DNA of 51,249 nucleotides, taken from NCBI GenBank assembly GCA_005222975.1, contig NJBI01000021.1, forward strand, positions 1-51,249, written 5' to 3'. Below the pieces are notes generated by a model. That model was not told the DNA's origin, did no database searches, and worked only from the letters and a program-made list of their open reading frames with translations. Position numbers and translations under genes: made by a program. This document shows positions 27,703-37,674 of this stretch, piece by piece. The stretch is from Promethearchaeota archaeon Loki_b31 (lineage in GTDB: Archaea > Asgardarchaeota > Lokiarchaeia > Sigyniarchaeales > SOKP01). Position 1 is the stretch's first letter, and each line of letters begins with the position of its first letter.

Positions 27703-28350
27703 ATGACAGAATCAAAAATAAGTTTAAAGAAAAGAAAGGTTCGTAGCTTTATACTGGCGTTTGAAAAAAAAGATAAAACAGAAGAAGAAATCGAGAATGA
27801 ATTAGCTACAACGGGAATGGAGTATATTCAAATGAAATTACCCATTGCTAAAATTACCCCCGAATTTGAAGAGAGGCTTACAGAAAAAGTGGAGCATAAT
27901 ATACTTCGAGCCAAGATAAGAGAAGCTAAAGTAGAGGATTTAGAGAGCGTCAGAGCTTTATATAATAGAAGTTGGATGACTTCAAATACGCCTTATTCGT
28001 CAATTACACTTAATTCCTTAAAAACAATTTTTGAATATCCAGAAACAATAATTTTAATCGCTAGGGTATATGGATCCGATGCCGCATTTGTTATACTAGA
28101 CTATGAAGGACCAAAAAATGAATATGGTATAATTGTAGGACTAGGAGTAATGCCTCGTTTTCAACGTAAAGGACTTGGGACAGTTATAGGTATGGCAGCA
28201 TGGAATTATTTTAAAAAGAAAGGCGTCAAAGAGCTTAGATGTGAGGTGTATAAAGATAATATAGTGTCCTATAACTTCATAAAATCTATTGGATTCGAGG
28301 AATTTGCTAGAAAAGTTTATAAAAGTGAAGATTTTGATATTGACACCTAA
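27703..28350 (+). CDS. GNAT-family N-acetyltransferase (tandem paralog)
   Basis: LGVMPRFQRKGLG, ELRCEVYKDN; collinear with the preceding ORF. Confidence 0.9.
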   Translation: MTESKISLKKRKVRSFILAFEKKDKTEEEIENELATTGMEYIQMKLPIAKITPEFEERLTEKVEHNILRAKIREAKVEDLESVRALYNRSWMTSNTPYSSITLNSLKTIFEYPETIILIARVYGSDAAFVILDYEGPKNEYGIIVGLGVMPRFQRKGLGTVIGMAAWNYFKKKGVKELRCEVYKDNIVSYNFIKSIGFEEFARKVYKSEDFDIDT

Positions 28351-28406
28351 TTTTATTTATTTCTAAAACAATTAATTAATTTTTCATTAAGGAAGGTGAT
28401 TTTTTT

Positions 28407-29558
28407 ACGGTAAACTTAAGGAGCATTGAAATCGCCAAGGGTTTTTCAATATTAATAATTCTTTTTTCTAATACTATTAATTATTGGTTATATTTTGGGG
28501 ATGAACTAAAATATATTTATGGCTTTATTTTAACTATTATAGACGTTATTGGTCCATCCTTATACATTTTCTTGGTATCTTTCTCAGTTTCCTTTACGTT
28601 AAAAAAAAAAATGGGTCGCGTTCCTGAAAAATCGAATCGAAATAAAATCTTAAAACAGGGGAGTTTCCTAATTTTATTAGGAAGTTTTTATAATTTACTT
28701 TTAAATGCTACCTGTGGATTTCCTCAAAACATATGGCGTTGGAACATTCTTTTTTTTTTAGGGTTCTCTCAAATTATTTGCTATTATTCTTATAAAATGG
28801 TGAGATGGGCAAGACTAGTAATTGGGATAAATATAATGTTTTTAACACTAGGCATTCGAGAAGCGCTTTACTTTGGAAAAGATATTAATCCCATTATTGC
28901 GATAATATATTTCTTTATTGTTTCGCCCTTTCCAACTTATTCGTTATTACCTTATGCAGCAATTTCTTTTTTCTCAACAGTTTTTGGGGAGCTTATTTAC
29001 GAGTCAATCATGCTGGACTCAGATGTAGCTAATATGCGGTCAACTCTTTCAGTAATAAAATATAGTGGGGTTTTATTAATTATTGCTCTATTAGTACCCT
29101 TTATAGACATAGGGTTTATAGTTACTTTAGACAATTTTAACCCCGCTAAGTATCCCTTTATTGATGCGCTCTCTATTTTAATAACACATTTTATGCAATT
29201 CATTCCAGGATCGCCCTTATTTTTGCTTAAGGGCACGCCTTCTAATCTATTTTTTATAATGGGACTTTCATTGCTCATAATTGGGGTAACATATTACTTT
29301 TTTGATGTATTACATATTAATAACAAAATTGCTAAGATTTTATCTATATATGGGAAGTATTCTTTAACCCTATTACTCGTTCAATTCTTATTTTTACCTA
29401 TTTTTTATCAAAAGTTAACTTTTTTATTGTTTTTTCAATTTTCAATAGGTTATATCATCTTACTCGGGCTTTTAATATATTTCTGGGAAAAGTTTGGAAA
29501 ATCCATTCTATCCTTAGATTGGATGTTTAAAAAAGTAGGAGGAAAAATTAAGGCCTAA
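28407..29558 (+). CDS. DUF1624/HGSNAT-like membrane acyltransferase (start extended to ACG 28407)
   Basis: In-frame upstream extension encodes LRSIEIAKGFSILIIL...GPSLYIFLVSFS; WNILFFLG; many TM helices. Confidence 0.65.
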   Translation, partial: TVNLRSIEIAKGFSILIILFSNTINYWLYFGDELKYIYGFILTIIDVIGPSLYIFLVSFSVSFTLKKKMGRVPEKSNRNKILKQGSFLILLGSFYNLLLNATCGFPQNIWRWNILFFLGFSQIICYYSYKMVRWARLVIGINIMFLTLGIREALYFGKDINPIIAIIYFFIVSPFPTYSLLPYAAISFFSTVFGELIYESIMLDSDVANMRSTLSVIKYSGVLLIIALLVPFIDIGFIVTLDNFNPAKYPFIDALSILITHFMQFIPGSPLFLLKGTPSNLFFIMGLSLLIIGVTYYFFDVLHINNKIAKILSIYGKYSLTLLLVQFLFLPIFYQKLTFLLFFQFSIGYIILLGLLIYFWEKFGKSILSLDWMFKKVGGKIKA

Positions 29559-30987
29559 AGCTATTTGGTTCAGTTTCCTTCAAAGAATTTATTTTCCCTA
29601 ATACAAGATTTTTGTTATATTCGTCCTCTAATTCAGCGTAAAATTTTTTTGCCATTATAAAGTTAGTTAATGCTAAATCAAACAATTCCTTTGAAACATA
29701 AATATCACCTAAATCATTACGAATTTCTGCAGCCTTTTTTAAGTTATTTAAACTTTCGAAAATTTCTAAAGCTTCTTCGTAATATTGTATTGCTTTTTGT
29801 TCATTTTGAATGTAGTTTTGAAAAATTTTTGCGATTTCATATTTCATCTCAGCAATTTTGAGTTTATCTCCAAATTTTTGATATATCTCTGTAGAATAAC
29901 TATAATAATCGACAGCTTTATTATCTTCCCCTTTTAACGAATAAAACTTAGCTATTGTTTCTAAAACTATTCCTTCTTTAACATTTTCTCGAATTCCAAA
30001 TGTTCTTATTGCTTCTAAGCTGTTTAATAGGTAATGTTCTGCTTCTGAATCGTTATCCCATAACAAATGTAATTTTCCTAAATAGAGAAAGGATTCCCAT
30101 TCTAATTTTTTTTTTATAAAAATAGAAATTTGGTTTTTGATAGTATCAACAAGCTCTAATACATTGGTAAAGCTCTGATAGGATTGGTCATAATTCTCTT
30201 CTCCAAGATAATAATATAATTTCCCATACTTTATACGAGTTTGGATGATTCCATAAACATCGTTGGTTTTTGTAAAGAATTCCAGATTATTTTTCAATAT
30301 TTTGGTAACACGATCATAATCTTTTAAAGAAATTAGGATTTCAACTAAATTACTTGAAGTTTTTATTGCGTCTAATTCTAGGTTTTCTTTTTCGGTTAAA
30401 TTTAGCGCTTTTTGATAATATTTGTAAGAGCTTTTTAAATCATTGATTAAATAATAGACATTTCCTAAGTTATTCAAAACTTGAATTTTCTTCTTAATAT
30501 CTTCAAGATCTTCTAAAATTATAAGAGCTCTATCAAAATGATAGATTGCTTGATCAAAAAAACCTGTTTCTTCATGGATTAAACCTAATTCGTTATGGCA
30601 TATGGCTGTATTTAAGAATTCTTTTTCGTCAAGAAAGTTTTCTAGCGCCAACTCTAAATTTTTTAAGGCGTTAGGGAAATCTCTTTTTTTATAAAATAAA
30701 CTTGCTTTCTTTAATAAGAGATCTCCCATATTTTTTCCAAATCTTTCGCTCTCTGCTAGTTGATCTTCTAATTCGTTCAGCTCGCGTTCAACAACCTCAT
30801 CGTCGAGAATGTTGATATCGTAATAATCTTCTTCAATGTTGTTAGTATAAAATGAAGCCTCATCGTGAGAGTCTCTTACTCTTCTATTTAATTCGTTACC
30901 AAGGTCCGTAATCAAAGGTTTATTACAATTACGGCAATACGTCCAATATTGCTCAATTGGCTTCTTACAAAATGGACAATATTTCAT
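29548..30987 (-). CDS. Zinc-ribbon + tetratricopeptide repeat protein
   Basis: N-terminal CPFC...CRNC; repeated TPR units (LNNLGNVYY, YYEEALEIF). Confidence 0.9.
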   Translation of the reverse strand: MKYCPFCKKPIEQYWTYCRNCNKPLITDLGNELNRRVRDSHDEASFYTNNIEEDYYDINILDDEVVERELNELEDQLAESERFGKNMGDLLLKKASLFYKKRDFPNALKNLELALENFLDEKEFLNTAICHNELGLIHEETGFFDQAIYHFDRALIILEDLEDIKKKIQVLNNLGNVYYLINDLKSSYKYYQKALNLTEKENLELDAIKTSSNLVEILISLKDYDRVTKILKNNLEFFTKTNDVYGIIQTRIKYGKLYYYLGEENYDQSYQSFTNVLELVDTIKNQISIFIKKKLEWESFLYLGKLHLLWDNDSEAEHYLLNSLEAIRTFGIRENVKEGIVLETIAKFYSLKGEDNKAVDYYSYSTEIYQKFGDKLKIAEMKYEIAKIFQNYIQNEQKAIQYYEEALEIFESLNNLKKAAEIRNDLGDIYVSKELFDLALTNFIMAKKFYAELEDEYNKNLVLGKINSLKETEPNSFRP

Positions 30988-31109
30988 TACTAAGTGAACA
31001 CTCGAAGTATTTTATTTAGATTACTTTAATTAAAAATGAAAATTCGTTCATTTATAATTTTTTAAATTATGTTTTGAAACATAATTATTTTCCAATTTAT
31101 TAATCATTG

Positions 31110-32033
31110 CTATTTTATCCTAAGGTTTCGATAATTTCTTAGTTCTTTTTCTATTTCTTCCTCATTTAATCCTAATGATTTTAAAAGAATTTTTATTTGA
31201 ATAATTGAATTCTTTACTTTAAATTTTTCAGCAGTACTTAATGCTTTAATATATACTTCTTTAGCGGCATTCATTTTACCTCGGTAAACCAAAATCTCCC
31301 CAACATATCCTAACCCTTTTAAAATTAGTTCTGTATAATTTGAATCAATTGCAATATTAGTTCCTTTTTTAAAATATCTAATAGCCCGATCAAAATCGCT
31401 CCCTCTTTTTTTAAGGATGCCTAAATTAAAATAAGAAACGATACTGCCCCTATTATCATGTAATTCTTTAAAAATTTTGAGGGTTTTTTTGTATAATTCA
31501 AATACAACGTCCCAGTTCTCTCGTTTTTCGTGAATATAAATTAGATTACCTAAACAGTCCAATAAGTTGTAAATATCGTTGTTATCTGAACATAAAGCGC
31601 TACATTCAAGCAAGTTATCACACGCTTCGTCAAATTGATTTAATTTAATTAGATTGATCCCAATTCCTTTTAAGCAAGTAATTTGCTCCTGTACCTGATT
31701 AAACTCTTTATAAATTTCATGTGCCATATTGTAATAATCAATAGATTTCTGGTATGCTCCACTTTTGAAATGTAAAATTCCTAGAATCCCATAAACAGCA
31801 GCTTTTCCTAAATTATCTTTTTGTTTTTTGAAATGTTTTAAACAAACTTGTAAATTTTTTTCTGAGTTTGTGTATTGTTCAACTTCAAGTTGTAAGAATG
31901 CTAAATTACTTAATTCTTTAATATATTCTGAACGTTTACCGTACTTTTCTAATTCTTTTAATCTCTCTTCAGTTTCTTTGATTAATCTTTCGATTTCTTC
32001 TCTTGTTAGCTCAATATGTTCTTTAACGTGAAT
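31110..32033 (-). CDS. Tetratricopeptide repeat protein (start extended to ATT 32033)
   Basis: Frame is open 102 codons upstream of the track ATG and encodes further TPR helices (ELSNLAFLQL, AAVYGILGILHF). Confidence 0.8.
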   Translation of the reverse strand: MHVKEHIELTREEIERLIKETEERLKELEKYGKRSEYIKELSNLAFLQLEVEQYTNSEKNLQVCLKHFKKQKDNLGKAAVYGILGILHFKSGAYQKSIDYYNMAHEIYKEFNQVQEQITCLKGIGINLIKLNQFDEACDNLLECSALCSDNNDIYNLLDCLGNLIYIHEKRENWDVVFELYKKTLKIFKELHDNRGSIVSYFNLGILKKRGSDFDRAIRYFKKGTNIAIDSNYTELILKGLGYVGEILVYRGKMNAAKEVYIKALSTAEKFKVKNSIIQIKILLKSLGLNEEEIEKELRNYRNLRIK

Positions 32034-32151
32034 ATTTTTATGTCACCATTTAGTTTTATTGTTGTTTTATTTTAGTTTTTAATTCCTCTTTTATTAACTC
32101 TGTTTCATTCTCAGTCACTTTATATAATTAGTAGTTCTTTATACAATCTTC

Positions 32152-32595
32152 TTATAATATATCTTCTAAAATCATTGCAGAATCTTTTACATATTGAAAG
32201 CACTTCTTTTCAAAAAAATCATTTCGATCGTAGTAGTCTTTTCCTTCAGGTGTATTAATATCACAACCAAGCAATTCTTTGCAAATTATTGAGCCATGAA
32301 TTTCTTGAAATCGATTTGAAAATTCTCTTATAACCTGATACGTCTTTTCTTTCGCTTCTGTATGGTCATTTATTCCCATACCATATCTTAAACCAATAAC
32401 CATAAAAGCCCCAGACACTGCACCACATGTATTTTGTAAACGAGCCATTCCACCTCCAAATCCTGTAGATAATCTTAGAGCTGTATCTCTATCTAGTCCA
32501 TATTGAGTAGCAAAAGAACTTAATATTGATTGAGCACAATTAAAATCTCCTCTAAAGGAAGAAATAGCTTTTTCTATTCCGGATATTTCGAACAA
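32152..32595 (-). CDS. C_GCAxxG_C_C family putative redox protein
   Basis: FNCAQS, GFGGG, TCGAVSGA, ICKELLG, KKC. Confidence 0.9.
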   Translation of the reverse strand: MFEISGIEKAISSFRGDFNCAQSILSSFATQYGLDRDTALRLSTGFGGGMARLQNTCGAVSGAFMVIGLRYGMGINDHTEAKEKTYQVIREFSNRFQEIHGSIICKELLGCDINTPEGKDYYDRNDFFEKKCFQYVKDSAMILEDIL

Positions 32596-32707
32596 CTCCT
32601 TTTTTTTATAATTATTGCAATTTAAAGGTAAAAGAAATATAAAATTTCTTATCTATTATTTAATTAATGAATTAATTGATAATTTTTTAACAAAGTGTTG
32701 ATTTAAA

Positions 32708-33820
32708 ATGAAATTTAAAGCAAGATTGTGGGATTCACTGGAAGATAATAAAGTAAAATGTCATGTTTGCGCTAATGAATGTGTTATCCTACCCGAGAAA
32801 GTAGGAATTTGCAGAACCCGAAAGAATTTTGATGGAGAATTATATACTCTTATTTATGGATCTATGATATCTAGTGGAAGTTTAGACCCCATTGAAAAAA
32901 AACCTTTATATAATTTTTGGCCTGGTGCTACCGCTTATTCGATCGCTTCCATAGGGTGTTCTTTTAAATGCCAGAATTGCCAAAATTGGAATATAAGCCA
33001 AGCAAATCCTACTAATAATGGTAAAAATGGGTTTTACTCCTTAGAAGGACTAGAAAATCGAAAAATGTCTTTAATAGAAATGACACCAGAACAACTTGTT
33101 GAAAATGTTAAAAAAAGCGGCGCTACGACATTAGCATACACATATAATGAACCACTAATCTGGCACGAATGGATATTAGATACCACGGTATTACTTAAAC
33201 AAGAAAATATTAAAACTATTTTAGTTACAAATGGGTATTCTACGATAGAAGCTACAAAAGAGTTAATTGAGGTTGGAATTGATGCTGCTAATATCGATAT
33301 AAAATCTATGTCAGATGAGTTCTATAAGACAATATGTGGCGTTAAATCAGTACAGCCTGTTTTGGACACTGCAAAAAGATTTAAATCAAATGGAATTCAC
33401 GTGGAAATCACCAACCTAATCATTCCAGATTTGAACGATAGTAACGCTGAAATTGAAAAATTAACTAATTGGATTGTCGAAAATCTAGGAGTTGATACCC
33501 CTACACACTTCTCCGCTTATCATCCAGACTTTATGCAGCCATCTATGAAAAGGACTCCATTTGAAACATTAGATAATGCTTATAAGATCGCCATGAGAGC
33601 GGGTATAAATTATGTATATGTTGGTAATACAAGACACAAAAAAGGAGGCAATACTTACTGTCCAAATTGTAATCATTTAATTATAGGTAGAAGTGGTTAC
33701 AGATTTACCAAAATTGATATTACAGACACAAAACATTGCCCAAAGTGTCAATACGATTTAAGTAAAGATATTAAAGGAGAAATTAATAGAAAAGCATCTC
33801 AAAGATTTAGCTTCTTTTAA
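32708..33820 (+). CDS. AmmeMemoRadiSam-system radical SAM enzyme (PflA-like)
   Basis: CHVCANEC, DPIEKKPLY, GCSFKCQNCQNWNISQ, YTYNEP, YVYVGN, CPNC. Confidence 0.92.
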   Translation: MKFKARLWDSLEDNKVKCHVCANECVILPEKVGICRTRKNFDGELYTLIYGSMISSGSLDPIEKKPLYNFWPGATAYSIASIGCSFKCQNCQNWNISQANPTNNGKNGFYSLEGLENRKMSLIEMTPEQLVENVKKSGATTLAYTYNEPLIWHEWILDTTVLLKQENIKTILVTNGYSTIEATKELIEVGIDAANIDIKSMSDEFYKTICGVKSVQPVLDTAKRFKSNGIHVEITNLIIPDLNDSNAEIEKLTNWIVENLGVDTPTHFSAYHPDFMQPSMKRTPFETLDNAYKIAMRAGINYVYVGNTRHKKGGNTYCPNCNHLIIGRSGYRFTKIDITDTKHCPKCQYDLSKDIKGEINRKASQRFSFF

Positions 33821-33859
33821 TAATTTAGATGTAAAAAGAAAAAATATTAGAAAGTTAAA

Positions 33860-34531
33860 TTAAAAATATCCTGTAATTGAAACTCCTATGACTAGGAGTA
33901 AAAACCCTTGAAGTATGCAGAATGCTGCGATTATAAACGCGAAAATTGGCCATGAAATTGCCTTCGAAATTGACATTAAAGCTCCAATGTAAAATTTAAC
34001 TGTAAGTGCGACAAATGCAAACACTAAAATAAAAACAATTACTAATAGCACCTTTGGATTAATATAAACTGCAATCACTTGAACTACATGGTCAGGAATA
34101 GCCATTGAAGCAATAACAACGACAATAGAAGCTAATAAAATTCCTATAACGCTTGAAATTGGGAGATCGTTTAATGGTTTTAAAAGCGTTAGTGTTCCTA
34201 GAATGATAAGGAAAGTAGAAGTAAATAAACTTTTAGCGTCTTGAGTATTAGCAGCGTATGCTACGCTTGGCGCTTGATCGAGAATAAGCCCACCAACACC
34301 GCTAAGTAAACCAAAAATACCGATAACTATTCCTAAATATGTCAAAAATTTCAAGAACTTTGTAATGTCGAAGTTCCAATCCTCTACCTTTCTCTTTTTG
34401 ACAGACCCTCTCCTTTTAGTTTCATAAACTGCGTAGACTAACCACATAACGCCAAGAATTAACGTAAAGAATCCAGCGAATTCTGCTAAAGGTCTTAAAA
34501 AATTTTCTGTAAAATCAAATTGATATATCAA
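33860..34531 (-). CDS. Multi-pass membrane protein
   Basis: About six hydrophobic helices. Confidence 0.75.
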   Translation of the reverse strand: MIYQFDFTENFLRPLAEFAGFFTLILGVMWLVYAVYETKRRGSVKKRKVEDWNFDITKFLKFLTYLGIVIGIFGLLSGVGGLILDQAPSVAYAANTQDAKSLFTSTFLIILGTLTLLKPLNDLPISSVIGILLASIVVVIASMAIPDHVVQVIAVYINPKVLLVIVFILVFAFVALTVKFYIGALMSISKAISWPIFAFIIAAFCILQGFLLLVIGVSITGYF

Positions 34532-34667
34532 TAAATTTCACTCTTTTAAATTGTTTAAATTTGTTATTATGTTGAATATCACTAATTAAGTATTTATATT
34601 ATATCTAGTCCAATTTTTAAAAACCATAATATTTAATAAAATGTAAAAGTAAGACTTGTTCTATTTA

Positions 34668-36362
34668 TTATTGTATGAATGAAACCGTTTTTTTAATGTA
34701 ATCCAAATAGTTATTGATTTCTTTTTTTGTTGTCTCGTCACCCCAAGAATATTCTTTCTGCATAATCTTTGCCACTTTTTCTGCGGCTTCCGAAGCTTCT
34801 CGGTGGTGTATCCAGAGCGACATTTCTGTTCGTCGACAGAACATGTCTATCAAATGAGGTGTTAATTCGAATCTTAACACGTAAACAATTTCCGCCTTAA
34901 TAAAGTTGTTTTCTTCCATCACTCGTTCTTTTAGTGATTCATCCTCTTTTATCATATCGAGGATTTTAATGGAACCTTTTCCATATTGTTGATATAGGTG
35001 ATCGGCAATATCCTCATCTAAAACAATACCTGAATTTTTTAATTTATCCGGCCAATCTTCTTTCTTTAGACCTATAATAAATGGTTGCCTTGACCAATAT
35101 TTCTCTCTCTTAATATCGGGAAAGATTTTCTTTTTTTCAACATGCTCAAATAAATCTTCCGCCATAGCGCGCCATGTTGTTAACTTTCCTCCCGTTATGG
35201 TGAGTAATCCATTATCAGAGAAAAAAACAAGATGTTTTCGCGAGACTTCGCTTTCAGATTTTCCTTTTTGTATTATTAATGGTCTTATTCCAGCGTAGGT
35301 GGAAAGAATATTTTTATATTCTAATTCCGCGTTTGGAAAATAATATTTTAAAGTTTGAATTAAATAATCTGCATCCTCTTTATTGCAATATGGATTAGCT
35401 AATTTATCTTGATAATCTGTATCCGTTGTCCCTATAAGGGTGAAATCTTTATCTCTCGGTATGGCAAAGAGAGTTCTCCCATCTGAAATTGAGTTAATAA
35501 TAGTTGCCATTCGGTTCTTTACGTGCCTTCGCCTATATAATAGGTGTACTCCTTTAGTAGGACGAATTAGGGGTTGAGGGACTTCTTCGGGGCGCTTTTC
35601 TAATAATTTATCGGTCCAAATACCAGTTGCATTTACAACCAAAGTTGCTTTCACTTCAAAATCAAGATTACTTTCCATATCTCTACACTTTACGCCTAAT
35701 ATCTTCTCATTATCCTTAAGATAACCGGTTACTTTGCAATAATTTACAGCGGTTGCACCTCTTATTATCGCTTCTTTAAGTACTTCGATTGTCAATCTTA
35801 CATCGTCAACATTGGTATCGTAGTAGACGGCTCCCCCTAAATTTCCCTCTTTAATATACTCTGGTTCCATTTCAAAAATTTCTTCTGGAGGATACCATTG
35901 ATGCTTCTTAAAATTTTTAAATTCTGAATTAGTATCGCTTAAATAATCATAAATCTTAACTGCCCCCTTGATATCTCTTTTCTTATATTTCCCACCTTCT
36001 AGTTGTATAAAAAGAAATGGAATTGGTCTGATTAAATGGGGGATATGAGCGCGCATCCAATTTCTCTCTTGAGTAGCTTCCTTTACTAAGTCAAGATCTC
36101 CATGGGCAAGGTATCTTATTCCACCATGGGCTAATTTAGAACTTCTTGAAGATGTGCCTGCTGAAAAATCTTGCATATCTACTATAGCTACTTTAAGTCC
36201 CCTCATCGAGGCTTCTCGAGCTACTCCTACTCCCGTAATACCTGCCCCTATTATAAAAAAGTCGTAAGTTTCTTCTCTTAATTTCTTAATAAAAACATCT
36301 CTGTTTTTATAACTCCAAGCTTGATCAAATAATTTTTTTTCCAAATCTTCCATTTTAACCAT
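34668..36362 (-). CDS. glpD: FAD-dependent glycerol-3-phosphate dehydrogenase/oxidase
   Basis: IIGAGITGVG, GTSSRSSKLAHGGIRYL, VNATGIW, KGVHL, GTTDT, AGIRPL, GGKLTTWRAMAE, RRT. Confidence 0.92.
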   Translation of the reverse strand: MVKMEDLEKKLFDQAWSYKNRDVFIKKLREETYDFFIIGAGITGVGVAREASMRGLKVAIVDMQDFSAGTSSRSSKLAHGGIRYLAHGDLDLVKEATQERNWMRAHIPHLIRPIPFLFIQLEGGKYKKRDIKGAVKIYDYLSDTNSEFKNFKKHQWYPPEEIFEMEPEYIKEGNLGGAVYYDTNVDDVRLTIEVLKEAIIRGATAVNYCKVTGYLKDNEKILGVKCRDMESNLDFEVKATLVVNATGIWTDKLLEKRPEEVPQPLIRPTKGVHLLYRRRHVKNRMATIINSISDGRTLFAIPRDKDFTLIGTTDTDYQDKLANPYCNKEDADYLIQTLKYYFPNAELEYKNILSTYAGIRPLIIQKGKSESEVSRKHLVFFSDNGLLTITGGKLTTWRAMAEDLFEHVEKKKIFPDIKREKYWSRQPFIIGLKKEDWPDKLKNSGIVLDEDIADHLYQQYGKGSIKILDMIKEDESLKERVMEENNFIKAEIVYVLRFELTPHLIDMFCRRTEMSLWIHHREASEAAEKVAKIMQKEYSWGDETTKKEINNYLDYIKKTVSFIQ

Positions 36363-36482
36363 GTTTAGAAAATTCTGGACTATAAATAAGGTTTCTTAAT
36401 GTTTCTATTATCAATACTTTTGATTTTTAAGGCATAAAAAAATTGATATAGCTGTAATCTATATTGTTTTATATATTATAAG

Positions 36483-36923
36483 GTGATAAAAATGGTAAAT
36501 TTAGAATTATTAAATGAGGTTAAATTGAAATTATCTGATGGTAGTGCTATGCCCGGAGATTATTTCAAGCTTTTTGAAATATATAAACAGATTTCATCAG
36601 AACATGCGGGATTAAGAGATGAATTCGAAGATATGGCCATGTTAGATATGGACTTCTTAGGACAAATAATCATATCAGATGAAAACAAGAAATTTTGGCT
36701 TAAATTCAAAGAGGGAAAAGTGGATTATGGAGAGGGTGATGTCGATAACCCTTCATTAACCTTTACAACCAATATGGCGACTTTTACAGGAATTCTTTTT
36801 GGAACAATTGAAATTTCTGGCGCACATGAAGCCGGAGATGTTAGCTTTGATGGTGGCAGTGAAGCTCTAATGGATCTTCAAGCTATTACCTCCGTTTTGA
36901 ATGATTTTTTACAAAACATCTAA
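36483..36923 (+). CDS. SCP2 sterol-carrier domain protein
   Basis: FWLKFKEGKVDYGEGDVDNPSLTF...ILFG...AGDVSFDG pattern. Confidence 0.8.
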   Translation: MIKMVNLELLNEVKLKLSDGSAMPGDYFKLFEIYKQISSEHAGLRDEFEDMAMLDMDFLGQIIISDENKKFWLKFKEGKVDYGEGDVDNPSLTFTTNMATFTGILFGTIEISGAHEAGDVSFDGGSEALMDLQAITSVLNDFLQNI

Positions 36924-37592
36924 TATTTTATATATTTAATGCGGATCTGACATAATAATTTATGAGTTTAATTATTATTATTTGGTAATTTAGGATGATA
37001 TCTCTAAAATTTTATTTTTTTTTCGCTCGATTTCAACTCTTTTTCTAGCATTTTAATTTTAGTATCAATATCTTTCGTTTTAGTTTTCTTTTCTTTTTCA
37101 ATCGCTTTTAAATTATGGTTTAAGATTTTGTCCTTCTCTCTTTTCAAAGAATTGTATTCTGATTCCAATTTCTTTGTAATAGAAAGTAATTCTTTCTTTT
37201 TTGCTGTTAAATCATTAATATTTTTGAGGAGTTCATTTAATTTAGTTTGTTGATGAAGCAATTGTTCCCCAAGGTCTTTAATTTTAGGATCAAATTCTTC
37301 ATTACATTTATTTGTAAAATAGGTTTCTTTTTGTTTCGCTGTCTGTTCAATTTTCTCAATTTCTACTGCTATCTTATTAATGTAATCCCTAAGTTCTTCG
37401 TCTGACATCTTGATTTTCTTTGTTTTAATTATATACCATTTTTTAAGCAAAAATGATTAATATTTATATGAATCATAATTTGATTTTACTTAATTAAAGT
37501 ACCGATTGAACTCTATATAAATTTTGATTCTTCTTCTTTTTATACATAAGTAGATTTTTAACAAAACATCTAATATTTTATAAATTTAATGC
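36903..37592 (+). repeat. 40-nt direct repeat (36903-36942 / 37553-37592)
   Basis: GATTTTT(T/A)ACAAAACATCTAATATTTTATA(T/A)ATTTAATGC, 2 mismatches. Confidence 0.8.
37004..37450 (-). CDS. Coiled-coil hypothetical protein (likely starts at internal MSDEE)
   Basis: K/E/L-rich heptads throughout. Confidence 0.65.
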   Translation of the reverse strand: MLKKWYIIKTKKIKMSDEELRDYINKIAVEIEKIEQTAKQKETYFTNKCNEEFDPKIKDLGEQLLHQQTKLNELLKNINDLTAKKKELLSITKKLESEYNSLKREKDKILNHNLKAIEKEKKTKTKDIDTKIKMLEKELKSSEKKIKF

Positions 37593-37674
37593 ACACCCCA
37601 TAATTGCCCAGATGCTCGTTGTGCTCTATCTAATTGAAATCGTAATCAACCAAATAAACTTTTTTCATTGTATT

